Shown: in pieces, positions 30,070 through 40,095 of the stretch
Layout: each line of letters begins with the position of its first letter
Position numbering within the stretch: position 1 is the stretch's first letter
NCBI GenBank assembly: GCA_964424345.1
Contig: CAYRIK010000005.1
Coordinates: forward strand, 5,883-69,882
From: an uncultured Lachnospiraceae bacterium
GTDB lineage: Bacteria; Bacillota; Clostridia; Lachnospirales; Lachnospiraceae
Length of the DNA stretch: 64,000 bases
Direction of reading: 5' to 3'
The notes under the pieces: model-generated
What the model saw: the letters and a program-made list of their open reading frames with translations, nothing else
Databases searched by the model: none
Told to the model about the DNA's origin: nothing
Made by a program: the position numbers and the translations under genes

Positions 30070-30098
30070 ATTGTAACATAAAACCACCCATTTTGCAA
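30070..30098 (-). promoter_or_regulatory. candidate sigma-A promoter of rpsB-tsf
   Basis: Minus strand reads TTGCAA-17 nt-TACAAT with an extended TGT immediately upstream of the -10. Predicts a leader of about 125 nt. Confidence 0.55.
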
Positions 30099-30420
30099 TA
30101 GATGGTTTGGAATTTTATGATTTATAATTGTATTTTTTAAAATACACGATGATTTTCTTGATATAGAACCATTTCCTTAGTTTATCAACAGTTCTAATTG
30201 CTTACGATTATACTTACTGAAGTATATTCATAATTAACTCTAAATCTTTATTTACTAAAGAACTTTTTTGATCAACATCTTTTCGGACTAATATAAATCC
30301 ATCATAATTGTTTATAAGCTGATATAATATTACTTTATCATTTCCGTTTTCAAAATAGAATTTATTTATTCATCCGAAATCATTTTATCACATTTCACAT
30401 TTTTTCAATATCATACTAAT

Positions 30421-30458
30421 AAAAAAGGCTTGTTCACACAAGTATGAACAAGCCTTTT
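30421..30458 (-). terminator. rho-independent terminator after groEL
   Basis: aaggcttgttca-cacaagta-tgaacaagcctt, a 12-bp stem followed by TTTTTT on the minus strand. Confidence 0.82.
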
Positions 30459-30482
30459 ACTCTATTTTCCTCTGCTTTTCTG

Positions 30483-32117
<1,635 letters not shown>

Positions 32118-32390
32118 TTATTTCAGAATTGCTAAAATATCACTCTGCTTTACAATAATGTATTCTACATTATCTACTTTTACTTCTGTACCTGAATACT
32201 TAGAGTAAATAACCTGATCGCCTACTGCAACTTCCATTTTTACTTCTTCTGTTCCTGGTCCAACAGCAATAACTTCTGCCTGCTGTGGTTTTTCTTTATT
32301 CTGGCCTGGTAAAACAATGCCTGATTTTGTGGTTTCTTCTGCAACAAGCTGCTTTAATACAACTCTGTCACCTAATGGTACTAATGTCAT
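32118..32390 (-). CDS. groES: co-chaperonin GroES
   Basis: 90 aa. [11 protein letters not shown]...TKSGIVLP mobile-loop region. Confidence 0.97.
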   Translation of the reverse strand: MTLVPLGDRVVLKQLVAEETTKSGIVLPGQNKEKPQQAEVIAVGPGTEEVKMEVAVGDQVIYSKYSGTEVKVDNVEYIIVKQSDILAILK

Positions 32391-32437
32391 GATAAAACCT
32401 CCTAGTTATATAAAAACTTTTATAGCTTTTGTAATCA

Positions 32438-32464
32438 TTAGCACTCAACCTTTTCGAGTGCTAA
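32438..32464 (-). promoter_or_regulatory. CIRCE operator (HrcA binding site)
   Basis: Exact consensus TTAGCACTC-N9-GAGTGCTAA, 48 nt upstream of groES. Confidence 0.95.
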
Positions 32465-32468
32465 TACT

Positions 32469-32496
32469 ATATTAGTACATTTTTCCAAAAATGCAA
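32469..32496 (-). promoter_or_regulatory. candidate sigma-A promoter of groESL
   Basis: Minus strand reads TTGCAT-16 nt-TAATAT, ending 4 nt before CIRCE. Confidence 0.45.
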
Positions 32497-32563
32497 GCGA
32501 TATTTTTACATTTAATAATATTTTTAGAATTTTAATCATTTGTAAATATCAAATATCAAACGT

Positions 32564-32932
32564 TTATTTTTCATTCGTAATCTGATCACTTAATGTTATA
32601 ATCTGATCTGCATATTTTTTTCTTCTGGAAGAAAGCATCTTTTTATAGATTGGATAATTTAAGATTGCCATAAGCATACCGATTACCCCAATGATAATTC
32701 CTGTCTGCATGATATCTTCTACACCCAATACACTTCCGATATCTGTCATAATTAAACTCATACCGCTTCCCATAATAAGTGCTGCTATTGTACCAAAGGT
32801 ATAAGCAAATACGTTTACAGGACGTTTTACCTTTGCATCTAATTTCTTTAATGCATCTAACTGTGTATGTTCCTTTTCTGTATACTGTGTACGAATTTTT
32901 TCTACGAGAAATTCCTGATCTTTTCTATTCAT
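32564..32932 (-). CDS. small membrane protein (two C-terminal TM helices), unknown function
   Basis: 122 aa. Soluble helical N-terminus, then TFGTIAALIMGSGMSLIM and GIIIGVIGMLMAILNYPI. Lies 11 nt downstream of the 71-aa gene. Confidence 0.55.
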   Translation of the reverse strand: MNRKDQEFLVEKIRTQYTEKEHTQLDALKKLDAKVKRPVNVFAYTFGTIAALIMGSGMSLIMTDIGSVLGVEDIMQTGIIIGVIGMLMAILNYPIYKKMLSSRRKKYADQIITLSDQITNEK

Positions 32933-32943
32933 AATGCCTACTC

Positions 32944-33159
32944 CTATCTTTCACCTTTCAATCTTTTCTTTGCTTCTTCTACTGTTTCACCTTCTTTTGC
33001 AAAAAGTTTTTCTACACATGTATCTGTTACTTTCTCAAATCCATCTACTGCACCGTTTTCTACTTTTTTATAAGTGCCTACTACATGGTCTTCTACTTTT
33101 TTGTAGCCATCTACAACTACTTTTGCAATTTTTTCATTTACTTCTACGAACTTTGTCAT
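32944..33159 (-). CDS. small hydrophilic protein with tandem 11-residue repeats
   Basis: ATG at 33159 lies 9 nt after AAGGAG, whereas the track start at 33168 abuts the RBS. Repeats are VVDGYKKVEDH / VVGTYKKVENG / AVDGFEKVTDT. Confidence 0.5.
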   Translation of the reverse strand: MTKFVEVNEKIAKVVVDGYKKVEDHVVGTYKKVENGAVDGFEKVTDTCVEKLFAKEGETVEEAKKRLKGER

Positions 33160-33273
33160 ATAAAGCATCTCCTTTTTTGATTATGTCGCTATTGTAGTAG
33201 GAATGTATTTGAGATTTTTTTCTGAAATGTTTCTGAAATGTTAAAAATACAAATATTTTATACATTTGATTTA

Positions 33274-33480
33274 TTATGCTTCTCTTTCTTCTCCCAAAAA
33301 GAAAACTGCTGCCGTTTCAGGGCCACAATGAGCTGCTATAATCGTTCCAATATCAAAACCAAGAATTTCTTTTATATTTGTAAATTGTGCCATTACAGCC
33401 TTTTTTACCGCTTCTGCATCTTCTTTTTTACACTTAGAATGAGAAAGAAAATATTTTCCAGAATAATGTCTTTCTAGAAA
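33274..33480 (-). pseudogene. DegV-family gene remnant (C-terminal ~65 codons only)
   Basis: Own translation: ..ERHYSGKYFLSHSKCKKEDAEAVKKAVMAQFTNIKEILGFDIGTIIAAHCGPETAAVFFLGEEREA*. It matches the DegV C-terminal pattern (..I.H....eeA..lk..i...f...ei....iG.viG.H.GPGt.a..f). There is no start codon and no room for the roughly 200 missing N-terminal codons. Confidence 0.55.
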
Positions 33481-33571
33481 ATAATATCAGAAAATCCATT
33501 GCTTATTTTCTTTACTACAAGTATAATTATACTGATAAGGAGTTATACACCTTATCAAATATATCAAAAGA

Positions 33572-35803
33572 TTGGATGAAAAAATCATGATGAAATTTGA
33601 AACTGCATTTGAAGACAAAACATTGCAGCTTTCTGTTTATGCGGAAAATATTGTCCGCATCAGAATCAGCAAAGATTTTGAGCCTACTTTATTAGAGCGC
33701 TATAAAATCTACCATGAGCCTGAGCAAACAGGTGAAGTAATAGAACATGGTGTCCGCACTGGAAATCTTTCTGTTACATATAAAGATGGTAAAATCAACT
33801 TCTCTTCCAATAAATTCAGCAGAAGTATTGATTTAGACAACTCCAACGTTGCTCATGTAAAAGAATACATGAACAAAGAACTTAACGAGTTTCACGATGA
33901 ACATGTTGTTATCATCGGTTCTGAAGATGAAGAACAATTAGAAGCAAAGACCGCAGAATTCCAGTTTGATCCAAAATACTTTACAATCCATACAGATAAA
34001 GATACCTTCTATGGTCTTGGCGAAAGCAATACTGACCGTTTGATCTTAAATGGTAAAGTATATCGTGAACGTGTCGTTTACACTAAATATGAAATTCCTG
34101 TTCCTTACTTAATGACTCCAAGCGGTTATGGTATTTTAGCAAATACTTCTTTCTGGCATGGTATTGATGTTTGTGCAAAACAGGATGATCAGATTGTATG
34201 GTATTTACCTCAGGGTGATATTGACTTTATGATTTTTGCAGGCGATGATATGCGTGCTTTATTAGAGCGTTATACCTATTTAACAGGACGTCCTGCATTA
34301 CTTCCTAAGTGGGCATATGGTCTTACCTTTATCGAGCATTGTCAGGCAAGAGAATTTGATGTATTAAACGATGCAAGATTATTCCGTCAGTACGAACTTC
34401 CTTGTAGTGCTATCAGTTTAGAGCCAGGCTGGACAAGAGTTCGTTATGATTATTCTACAAATAAAATTTGGAACAGAGATCGTTTCTATGTAAACGACTG
34501 GCAGCGTTCTGACAAACCAAACCCAAGCTTTTTCAGTTCTGCTTTAAAGCGTTATGGTTTTAAACTTCACGCATGGATGTGCTGTTATTTTGACTTCACT
34601 GCAAATGAAGAACGTCTTGCAGGCAATACAGAATGTGCTCCTGAGGTTCCTGCTTTCTTTGATCATTTACGTCAGTTCTGTAATGATGGTATTGACTCTT
34701 TCAAAGTAGATCCAAACCGTATGGTAGATACTTCCGATGAAACTAAAATTTATTCTAACGGAAGAACTGAAGCTGAAGTACACAGCTTACATCAGACATT
34801 AATCGTAAAAGAAATGTGGAATGGTGCAAAGAGTCAGCGTGGAAATGTACGTCCTATGCATCATTATTGCGGTGGTTTCACAGGTACACATGCTTATACT
34901 GCTACAAATACAGGTGATACCGGTGGTGGTTTAAACACATTAGCTTGGACATTAAATACTGGTCTTTCCGGCTTCTCTAACGTAACTTGTGATATGAATA
35001 TCTTTGATCCACAGGGTATTCACTATGCATTCTTTACAGGATGGTGTCAGTTAAACTCTTGGGCTGGCTTTGAACATCCATGGTGGGCTGGTGATAAGAA
35101 CTTTGAATTCTTTAAATTCTATGACATCATGCGTTATGCATTAATGCCATATATCTACAACCATTCTATCGAAGCTAACATGACTGGTACTCCAATTTGT
35201 CGTGCACTTCCACTGATGTACAAGGACGAAGCTGCTAGCAACTTAATCAACGAATTTATGTTTGGAGATTACTTACTAGTTGGTGCTTTCTCTGACAAGA
35301 TTTATTTACCAGAAGGTTATACATGGTATGACGCTTGGACTGGCAAGGCTTACGAAGGTGGTCAGGAAATCACTCCTGTTATCCCTGAAAATCGTGGTGG
35401 TATGCTCTTTATCCGCAATGGTGCTATCATTCCTACAGAAGCTCCAAAGCAGTTTGAAGACAATGTAGATACTGCAAACTTAATCTTAAATCTCTATCCA
35501 TGTGGAAAGAGCTCTTACACATTACGCGAAGACGATGGTGTTACTTTCGATTACGAACATGGCGACAGAGCTGTTACAGAATTTACAATGGAAGACAATG
35601 GCACAACTTGTGTAATCACAATTGGTGACCGTACTGGTTCTTTCAAGAATATGACTGCAAACAGAACATACTCTGCAAATGTTCACCTCGACAAAGCTCC
35701 TGCAAGCGTAAAAGTAGATGGCACTGATGTTGCATTCACTTATGCTGACAACTTTGCAAACTTTGAAATTGGTACAGGCAAACTTGTTGAAATCGTATAC
35801 TAA
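33572..35803 (+). CDS. glycoside hydrolase family 31 (alpha-glucosidase/alpha-xylosidase-like)
   Basis: 743 aa. Nucleophile context GIDSFKVDPNR (compare YicI VDCFKTDFGE) and acid/base context NTGDTGGG. The start is uncertain: TTG at 33572 or ATG at 33587/33590. Confidence 0.82.
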   Translation: MDEKIMMKFETAFEDKTLQLSVYAENIVRIRISKDFEPTLLERYKIYHEPEQTGEVIEHGVRTGNLSVTYKDGKINFSSNKFSRSIDLDNSNVAHVKEYMNKELNEFHDEHVVIIGSEDEEQLEAKTAEFQFDPKYFTIHTDKDTFYGLGESNTDRLILNGKVYRERVVYTKYEIPVPYLMTPSGYGILANTSFWHGIDVCAKQDDQIVWYLPQGDIDFMIFAGDDMRALLERYTYLTGRPALLPKWAYGLTFIEHCQAREFDVLNDARLFRQYELPCSAISLEPGWTRVRYDYSTNKIWNRDRFYVNDWQRSDKPNPSFFSSALKRYGFKLHAWMCCYFDFTANEERLAGNTECAPEVPAFFDHLRQFCNDGIDSFKVDPNRMVDTSDETKIYSNGRTEAEVHSLHQTLIVKEMWNGAKSQRGNVRPMHHYCGGFTGTHAYTATNTGDTGGGLNTLAWTLNTGLSGFSNVTCDMNIFDPQGIHYAFFTGWCQLNSWAGFEHPWWAGDKNFEFFKFYDIMRYALMPYIYNHSIEANMTGTPICRALPLMYKDEAASNLINEFMFGDYLLVGAFSDKIYLPEGYTWYDAWTGKAYEGGQEITPVIPENRGGMLFIRNGAIIPTEAPKQFEDNVDTANLILNLYPCGKSSYTLREDDGVTFDYEHGDRAVTEFTMEDNGTTCVITIGDRTGSFKNMTANRTYSANVHLDKAPASVKVDGTDVAFTYADNFANFEIGTGKLVEIVY

Positions 35804-35867
35804 TCGTTATTACTGATTTTATAGTATATCAAATAGAACTTATTATAATATAACGCTCTATACATAC

Positions 35868-35912
35868 AAAAAGCTGACGAAACAATATCATACTGTTTCG
35901 TCAGCTTTTCTT
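35868..35912. terminator. bidirectional rho-independent terminator
   Basis: aagctgacgaaaca-atatcatac-tgtttcgtcagctt, a 14-bp stem with a flanking A-run and T-run, between convergent genes. Confidence 0.78.
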
Positions 35913-35931
35913 CGTTAAAACGAAAAACCAT

Positions 35932-36609
35932 TTAATATCGAATTTCTAAATAACCTAACAACTTACTCTTATCATATTCGTTGAGTAAACCAAGTGTAGG
36001 ATCATAAAATTTTCCTTTATAATGGATCAGATAATGACTGAATCTTCCAAGCTTTTCCATCATAATACAACATTCTGGAATTTTTCCATCTGGTCTTGCT
36101 GTATAATAAATAATCTCACTATGATCTATGCCATAGTAATTTAATGCTGAAATCATACGTCCCATCGTTCCTTGCCATTCACGACATCCCATAACGTCAA
36201 TTACTTCCTGAATGGTAACACCTGCAAGCATTGCTACAACTGCCTGTCCGCAAAGTCCATCGTTTGGCTGACGGATTAAAGTAATTCCTTCAGAAATATC
36301 TCTGATTGGATGTTCTACAGAATATGGACTATTTTGACTAATCTTAATAAGGGAACCATTTACGTTTAATAATACGTTATGCTCCACTAAAAGATCTACT
36401 CCTTCTAGTTCCTCTGCAGTTAAATGAACTTCATAATTACTGCCTCCATTAACAGGCAACAGTTCACACGCAATGATAATGTCATTATCCAGCACGATAT
36501 CGGCCTTTATCACATCTCTTTGTTTGCACACTTCCCAAACATTAAATGGAATATGAATAAATCCACTGCCTTCTCTGACTTCTATTTTACTTTTAAAAAA
36601 GTAACGCAT
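35932..36609 (-). CDS. DUF1905-like N-terminal domain fused to papain-fold (C39-like) cysteine peptidase domain
   Basis: 225 aa with no signal peptide. N-terminus GSGFIHIPFNVWEVCKQRDVIKADIVLD...LLPVNGGSNYEVHL is DUF1905-like. C-terminus has QPNDGLCGQAVVAMLAG (Cys120) and SHYLIHYKGKFYDP (His/Asp). Confidence 0.5.
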   Translation of the reverse strand: MRYFFKSKIEVREGSGFIHIPFNVWEVCKQRDVIKADIVLDNDIIIACELLPVNGGSNYEVHLTAEELEGVDLLVEHNVLLNVNGSLIKISQNSPYSVEHPIRDISEGITLIRQPNDGLCGQAVVAMLAGVTIQEVIDVMGCREWQGTMGRMISALNYYGIDHSEIIYYTARPDGKIPECCIMMEKLGRFSHYLIHYKGKFYDPTLGLLNEYDKSKLLGYLEIRY

Positions 36610-36627
36610 TACCGCACCTCCTAAGGC

Positions 36628-37230
36628 CTAATCTTCTTTTGCCTTTAACTCTACCAAATGTGCGATCATTTCTACACACTCTTCCAGACTGATCGTACTT
36701 CTGTTTAAGATTAAATCTTTGCCTTTACCATGTTCCCAATTTCCATTTGAATAATAAGTATAGAAATTATTTCTGCTCTGATCCATCTTTCGTACTACTT
36801 TTCGTGCTTCTTCTTCTGTAATCTGGTATTTTTTAGCGATCATTCCTACACGCTTTTCAAATGGTGCATAAATAAATACTTTGATACAATCTGGATCATC
36901 TTTCAAGATATAATCTGCTAAATGACCAATGATAATGCAAGATTCTTTAGATACTTCCTGAATGATGCGTTTTTCTACTTCAAACAATCTGTCCTGTTCT
37001 TCACTCACACCTATATTGTAGCCAAAAATAGGCTTTAAAATACGAGAATTGACTTTTTCATCTGCTGCCTTTACTTTATCTAACTCCATCCCGCTTTCAT
37101 GTGCAGCTTGTGTTAAAATATCTTTATCGTAAAATGGCAATCCAAGTCTTTCTGATAATATCATACCCATTTCATGACCATTTGTACCAAACTCTCTTGC
37201 AATCGTAATTACTACTTTTTTCTTTGACAT
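36628..37230 (-). CDS. cytidylate kinase-like family protein
   Basis: 200 aa. VITIAREFGTNGHEMGMILSERLGLPFYDKDIL matches the cytidylate-kinase-like (non-Cmk) family N-terminus. Confidence 0.78.
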   Translation of the reverse strand: MSKKKVVITIAREFGTNGHEMGMILSERLGLPFYDKDILTQAAHESGMELDKVKAADEKVNSRILKPIFGYNIGVSEEQDRLFEVEKRIIQEVSKESCIIIGHLADYILKDDPDCIKVFIYAPFEKRVGMIAKKYQITEEEARKVVRKMDQSRNNFYTYYSNGNWEHGKGKDLILNRSTISLEECVEMIAHLVELKAKED

Positions 37231-37253
37231 ATAAAACCTCTACTAAATTTATG

Positions 37254-38351
37254 TTACATCTTTGCTGCCAGTTCTAATGCCGCCTCAATAGTCTTATCCA
37301 TATCATAATATTTATATTGACCAAGACGACCGCCGAAAAATACATTCGTTTCTTTTTGTGCTAAACTCTGATATTTTTCAAACAGCTTTGTATTTTCTTC
37401 ATCGTTTATTGGATAATATGGTTCCATTCCCGGCTTCCATTCTGTCGGATATTCCCTGCTTATGACAGTCTTTGGCTGTTTGCCAAACTCAAAATGCTTA
37501 TGTTCAATAATACGAGTATACGGAATTTCACGTTCTGTATAATTTACTACTGCATTTCCTTGATAATTATCTGTATCAAACACTTCTGTTTCGAAAGAAA
37601 CTGTACGATACTGCAATGGGCCATAACAAAAATCATAATATTCATCAATCATTCCAGTATACAAAATACATTGTGCAGCATCTGGATTTTGTTTAATAAA
37701 ACTCTTATATTCTGTATTTAACAAAATATCTGTTCCTTCAAACAATTTTTCAATGATTGCTGTATATCCTCCAATCGGTATTCCCTGATAACGATCATTA
37801 AAATAATTATTATCATATGTAAAACGAAGTGGAAGACGTTTAATGATAAACGCAGGAAGATCTTTACAATCTCTGCCCCACTGTTTTTCCGTATATCCTT
37901 TTACTAATTTTTCATATACATCTGTGCCAACCAAAGATAATGCCTGCTCTTCTAGATTTTTAGGTTCTGTAATATGCAGTGCTTCTACCTGATTAGTAAT
38001 CTTTTCTTTTGCCTCATTTGGTGTACGGATTCCCCAAAGTTTACTGAATGTATTCATATTAAAAGGCATGTTATAAAGTTCGTCTTTGTATATTGCTATT
38101 GGAGAATTGATGTAATTATTAAATTCTGCAAACTGGTTAATATAATCCCATACCCTTTTATTGCTTGTATGAAAAATATGAGCTCCATATTTATGAACCT
38201 GAATATCTTCTATCTTTTCTGTGTAAATATTACCTGCAATATGTGCTCTTTTATCAATCGCAAGACATTTCTTGCCTTTTTTTGTCATTTCATGTGCAAA
38301 TACAGCTCCATACAATCCTGTACCTACAATTAAATAATCATATTTTTTCAT
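37254..38351 (-). CDS. glf: UDP-galactopyranose mutase
   Basis: 365 aa. FAD motif YDYLIVGTGLYGAVFA and a typical Glf body (..HKYGAHIFHT.., ..FGGRLGQYKYYDMD..). Confidence 0.92.
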   Translation of the reverse strand: MKKYDYLIVGTGLYGAVFAHEMTKKGKKCLAIDKRAHIAGNIYTEKIEDIQVHKYGAHIFHTSNKRVWDYINQFAEFNNYINSPIAIYKDELYNMPFNMNTFSKLWGIRTPNEAKEKITNQVEALHITEPKNLEEQALSLVGTDVYEKLVKGYTEKQWGRDCKDLPAFIIKRLPLRFTYDNNYFNDRYQGIPIGGYTAIIEKLFEGTDILLNTEYKSFIKQNPDAAQCILYTGMIDEYYDFCYGPLQYRTVSFETEVFDTDNYQGNAVVNYTEREIPYTRIIEHKHFEFGKQPKTVISREYPTEWKPGMEPYYPINDEENTKLFEKYQSLAQKETNVFFGGRLGQYKYYDMDKTIEAALELAAKM

Positions 38352-38353
38352 CT

Positions 38354-39367
38354 TTAATTAAAACCGTATATCTTTTGTGCAATCTTATAAACTACTACTG
38401 CGAGTTTGCGTCCTACTGTTCCAGGAAGGTTTACACCGATTCCTAAAATAGAATAGCGCAGTTTTTTATATAATTTTTCATCTATTTTCTTTAAATCCTG
38501 CCACAATTCTTCTTTCATTGCAAGATGTTCTTTTGTACCGCTCTTAATAGCAAGAATAGAGGAAATCGTTGTAATAATAGATAAGTAATTAAACATGTAT
38601 TTCTTTAAATATACACTGGAAACTTCCTTTGTTGCATATGATTTTGCCATAATACGATTTACTCGCATCTGCTGGTCTAATCTTCCGATCATAACCTTTT
38701 CATTTACAGACTGGTCTTCTCGTCCAATAAAATAACGATAAAAATCTACATTCAAATAATACATATGCAATGTGCTTGGCAATGGATCAAATACAAAAAT
38801 GTTGTCTACATAAAATGTATGCTTTGGAAGTTCTAAACCACAATCTCTTAATACCTGTGTTTTATAAATAACAGAATGCATCAAAAGATACTTTCCGATT
38901 GGAAATGGTTTCATATCTTCCCATGTGAAAATGCGGTTTACTGGAAGATATTTTGTATATTCCATTACTTTTTTGTGTTTTGCGCCCTGTTTTTCGTAAA
39001 CAAAGTTGCTGATCATCAAATCAATATCATCCTGATACATTTCTAATACATCTAAAATGCCTCTATATGCACCTTCATCTACCCAGTCATCACTGTCTAC
39101 TACTTTAAAGAACTTTCCTGTTGCATTACGCAGTCCTGCATTTACCGCTTCTCCATGTCCACCATTTTCCTGATGTACAGCCTTTACGATAGTTGGATAT
39201 TTGGCAGCATACTTGTCTGCAATCTCTCCGGTGCGATCTTTAGAACCATCGTTTACAATGATGATTTCTACGCGTTCTCCACCAAATAAAAGCGTCTCAA
39301 TACAATGCTCCATATATTTTTCAGAATTATACGATGGAATTGCAACACTTAATAACTTTTGCCCCAT
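38354..39367 (-). CDS. glycosyltransferase family 2
   Basis: SVAIPSYNSEKYMEHCIETLL, NDGSKD, VDSDD. ATG at 39367 follows GAGGAGA. The track extension to 39463 runs through the upstream terminator. Confidence 0.85.
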   Translation of the reverse strand: MGQKLLSVAIPSYNSEKYMEHCIETLLFGGERVEIIIVNDGSKDRTGEIADKYAAKYPTIVKAVHQENGGHGEAVNAGLRNATGKFFKVVDSDDWVDEGAYRGILDVLEMYQDDIDLMISNFVYEKQGAKHKKVMEYTKYLPVNRIFTWEDMKPFPIGKYLLMHSVIYKTQVLRDCGLELPKHTFYVDNIFVFDPLPSTLHMYYLNVDFYRYFIGREDQSVNEKVMIGRLDQQMRVNRIMAKSYATKEVSSVYLKKYMFNYLSIITTISSILAIKSGTKEHLAMKEELWQDLKKIDEKLYKKLRYSILGIGVNLPGTVGRKLAVVVYKIAQKIYGFN

Positions 39368-39437
39368 TTCACTTCTCCTCGATCTCAAAACGCTGAATTT
39401 TTTCAGCTCTAAATTACCTTTATTATACTGAGATACA

Positions 39438-39476
39438 TAAAAAAAGTCAACGCAATTAGCCACAGCGTTGACTTTT
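39438..39476 (-). terminator. rho-independent terminator after NUDIX gene
   Basis: aagtcaacgc..gcgttgactt stem followed by TTTTTTT on the minus strand. Confidence 0.7.
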
Positions 39477-39534
39477 CTAAGAAATTCTTTTGAGATTTTT
39501 AAGGATTCACAAGTCCAGACTGTAAATCGATTTT

Positions 39535-40077
39535 TTATACTATATTTTGTTTTGCAGCATAACTCATAACTGCTGCAATCGTCTTAGCATCTGTCATTTT
39601 ACCTTCTAAAATCATCTTTTGTATCTCTTTTACAGTAAATGCCTGATATGTTACTACTTCATCTTCATCTAAATGCTGCTTACCTGGTTTCAAATCCGTT
39701 GCAACATAAATATCGATTTTTTCATTACAAAAAGCTGGTGTTGTATGGATTGTAATCAACCATTCCAACTCTTTTTCTGTTGTATAGCCGGTTTCTTCTT
39801 CCAATTCTCTTCTAGCTGCTTCTATAGTAGGCTCTTGTCTTGAATTTAAACCGCCAGCTGGAATTTCCCATGTATGTCGGTCAATCGAATTACGAAATTG
39901 TCTTACTAAAATGATTCTTCCATCATCTAATACAGGAATAACTGCTGCCGCACCTTTATGATCAATATGGTCAAACTTTACCACATTTCCATTTGGAATT
40001 GCCATAGTATCCTGATAATAATCAAATATTTTACAATTACGCACCAAAGTTCTGTCTATACGCTTAATATCATCCAT
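39535..40077 (-). CDS. NUDIX hydrolase (ADP-ribose pyrophosphatase-like)
   Basis: 180 aa. Nudix box GGLNSRQEPTIEAARRELEEETGY. Confidence 0.85.
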   Translation of the reverse strand: MDDIKRIDRTLVRNCKIFDYYQDTMAIPNGNVVKFDHIDHKGAAAVIPVLDDGRIILVRQFRNSIDRHTWEIPAGGLNSRQEPTIEAARRELEEETGYTTEKELEWLITIHTTPAFCNEKIDIYVATDLKPGKQHLDEDEVVTYQAFTVKEIQKMILEGKMTDAKTIAAVMSYAAKQNIV

Positions 40078-40095
40078 GATTTTTCACCTCATTTA

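Noticed and set aside
33238-33477. 79-aa plus-strand ORF upstream of GH31
   Set aside because: It lies antisense to the recognisable DegV remnant, is Phe/Cys-rich and low-complexity, and has no RBS.
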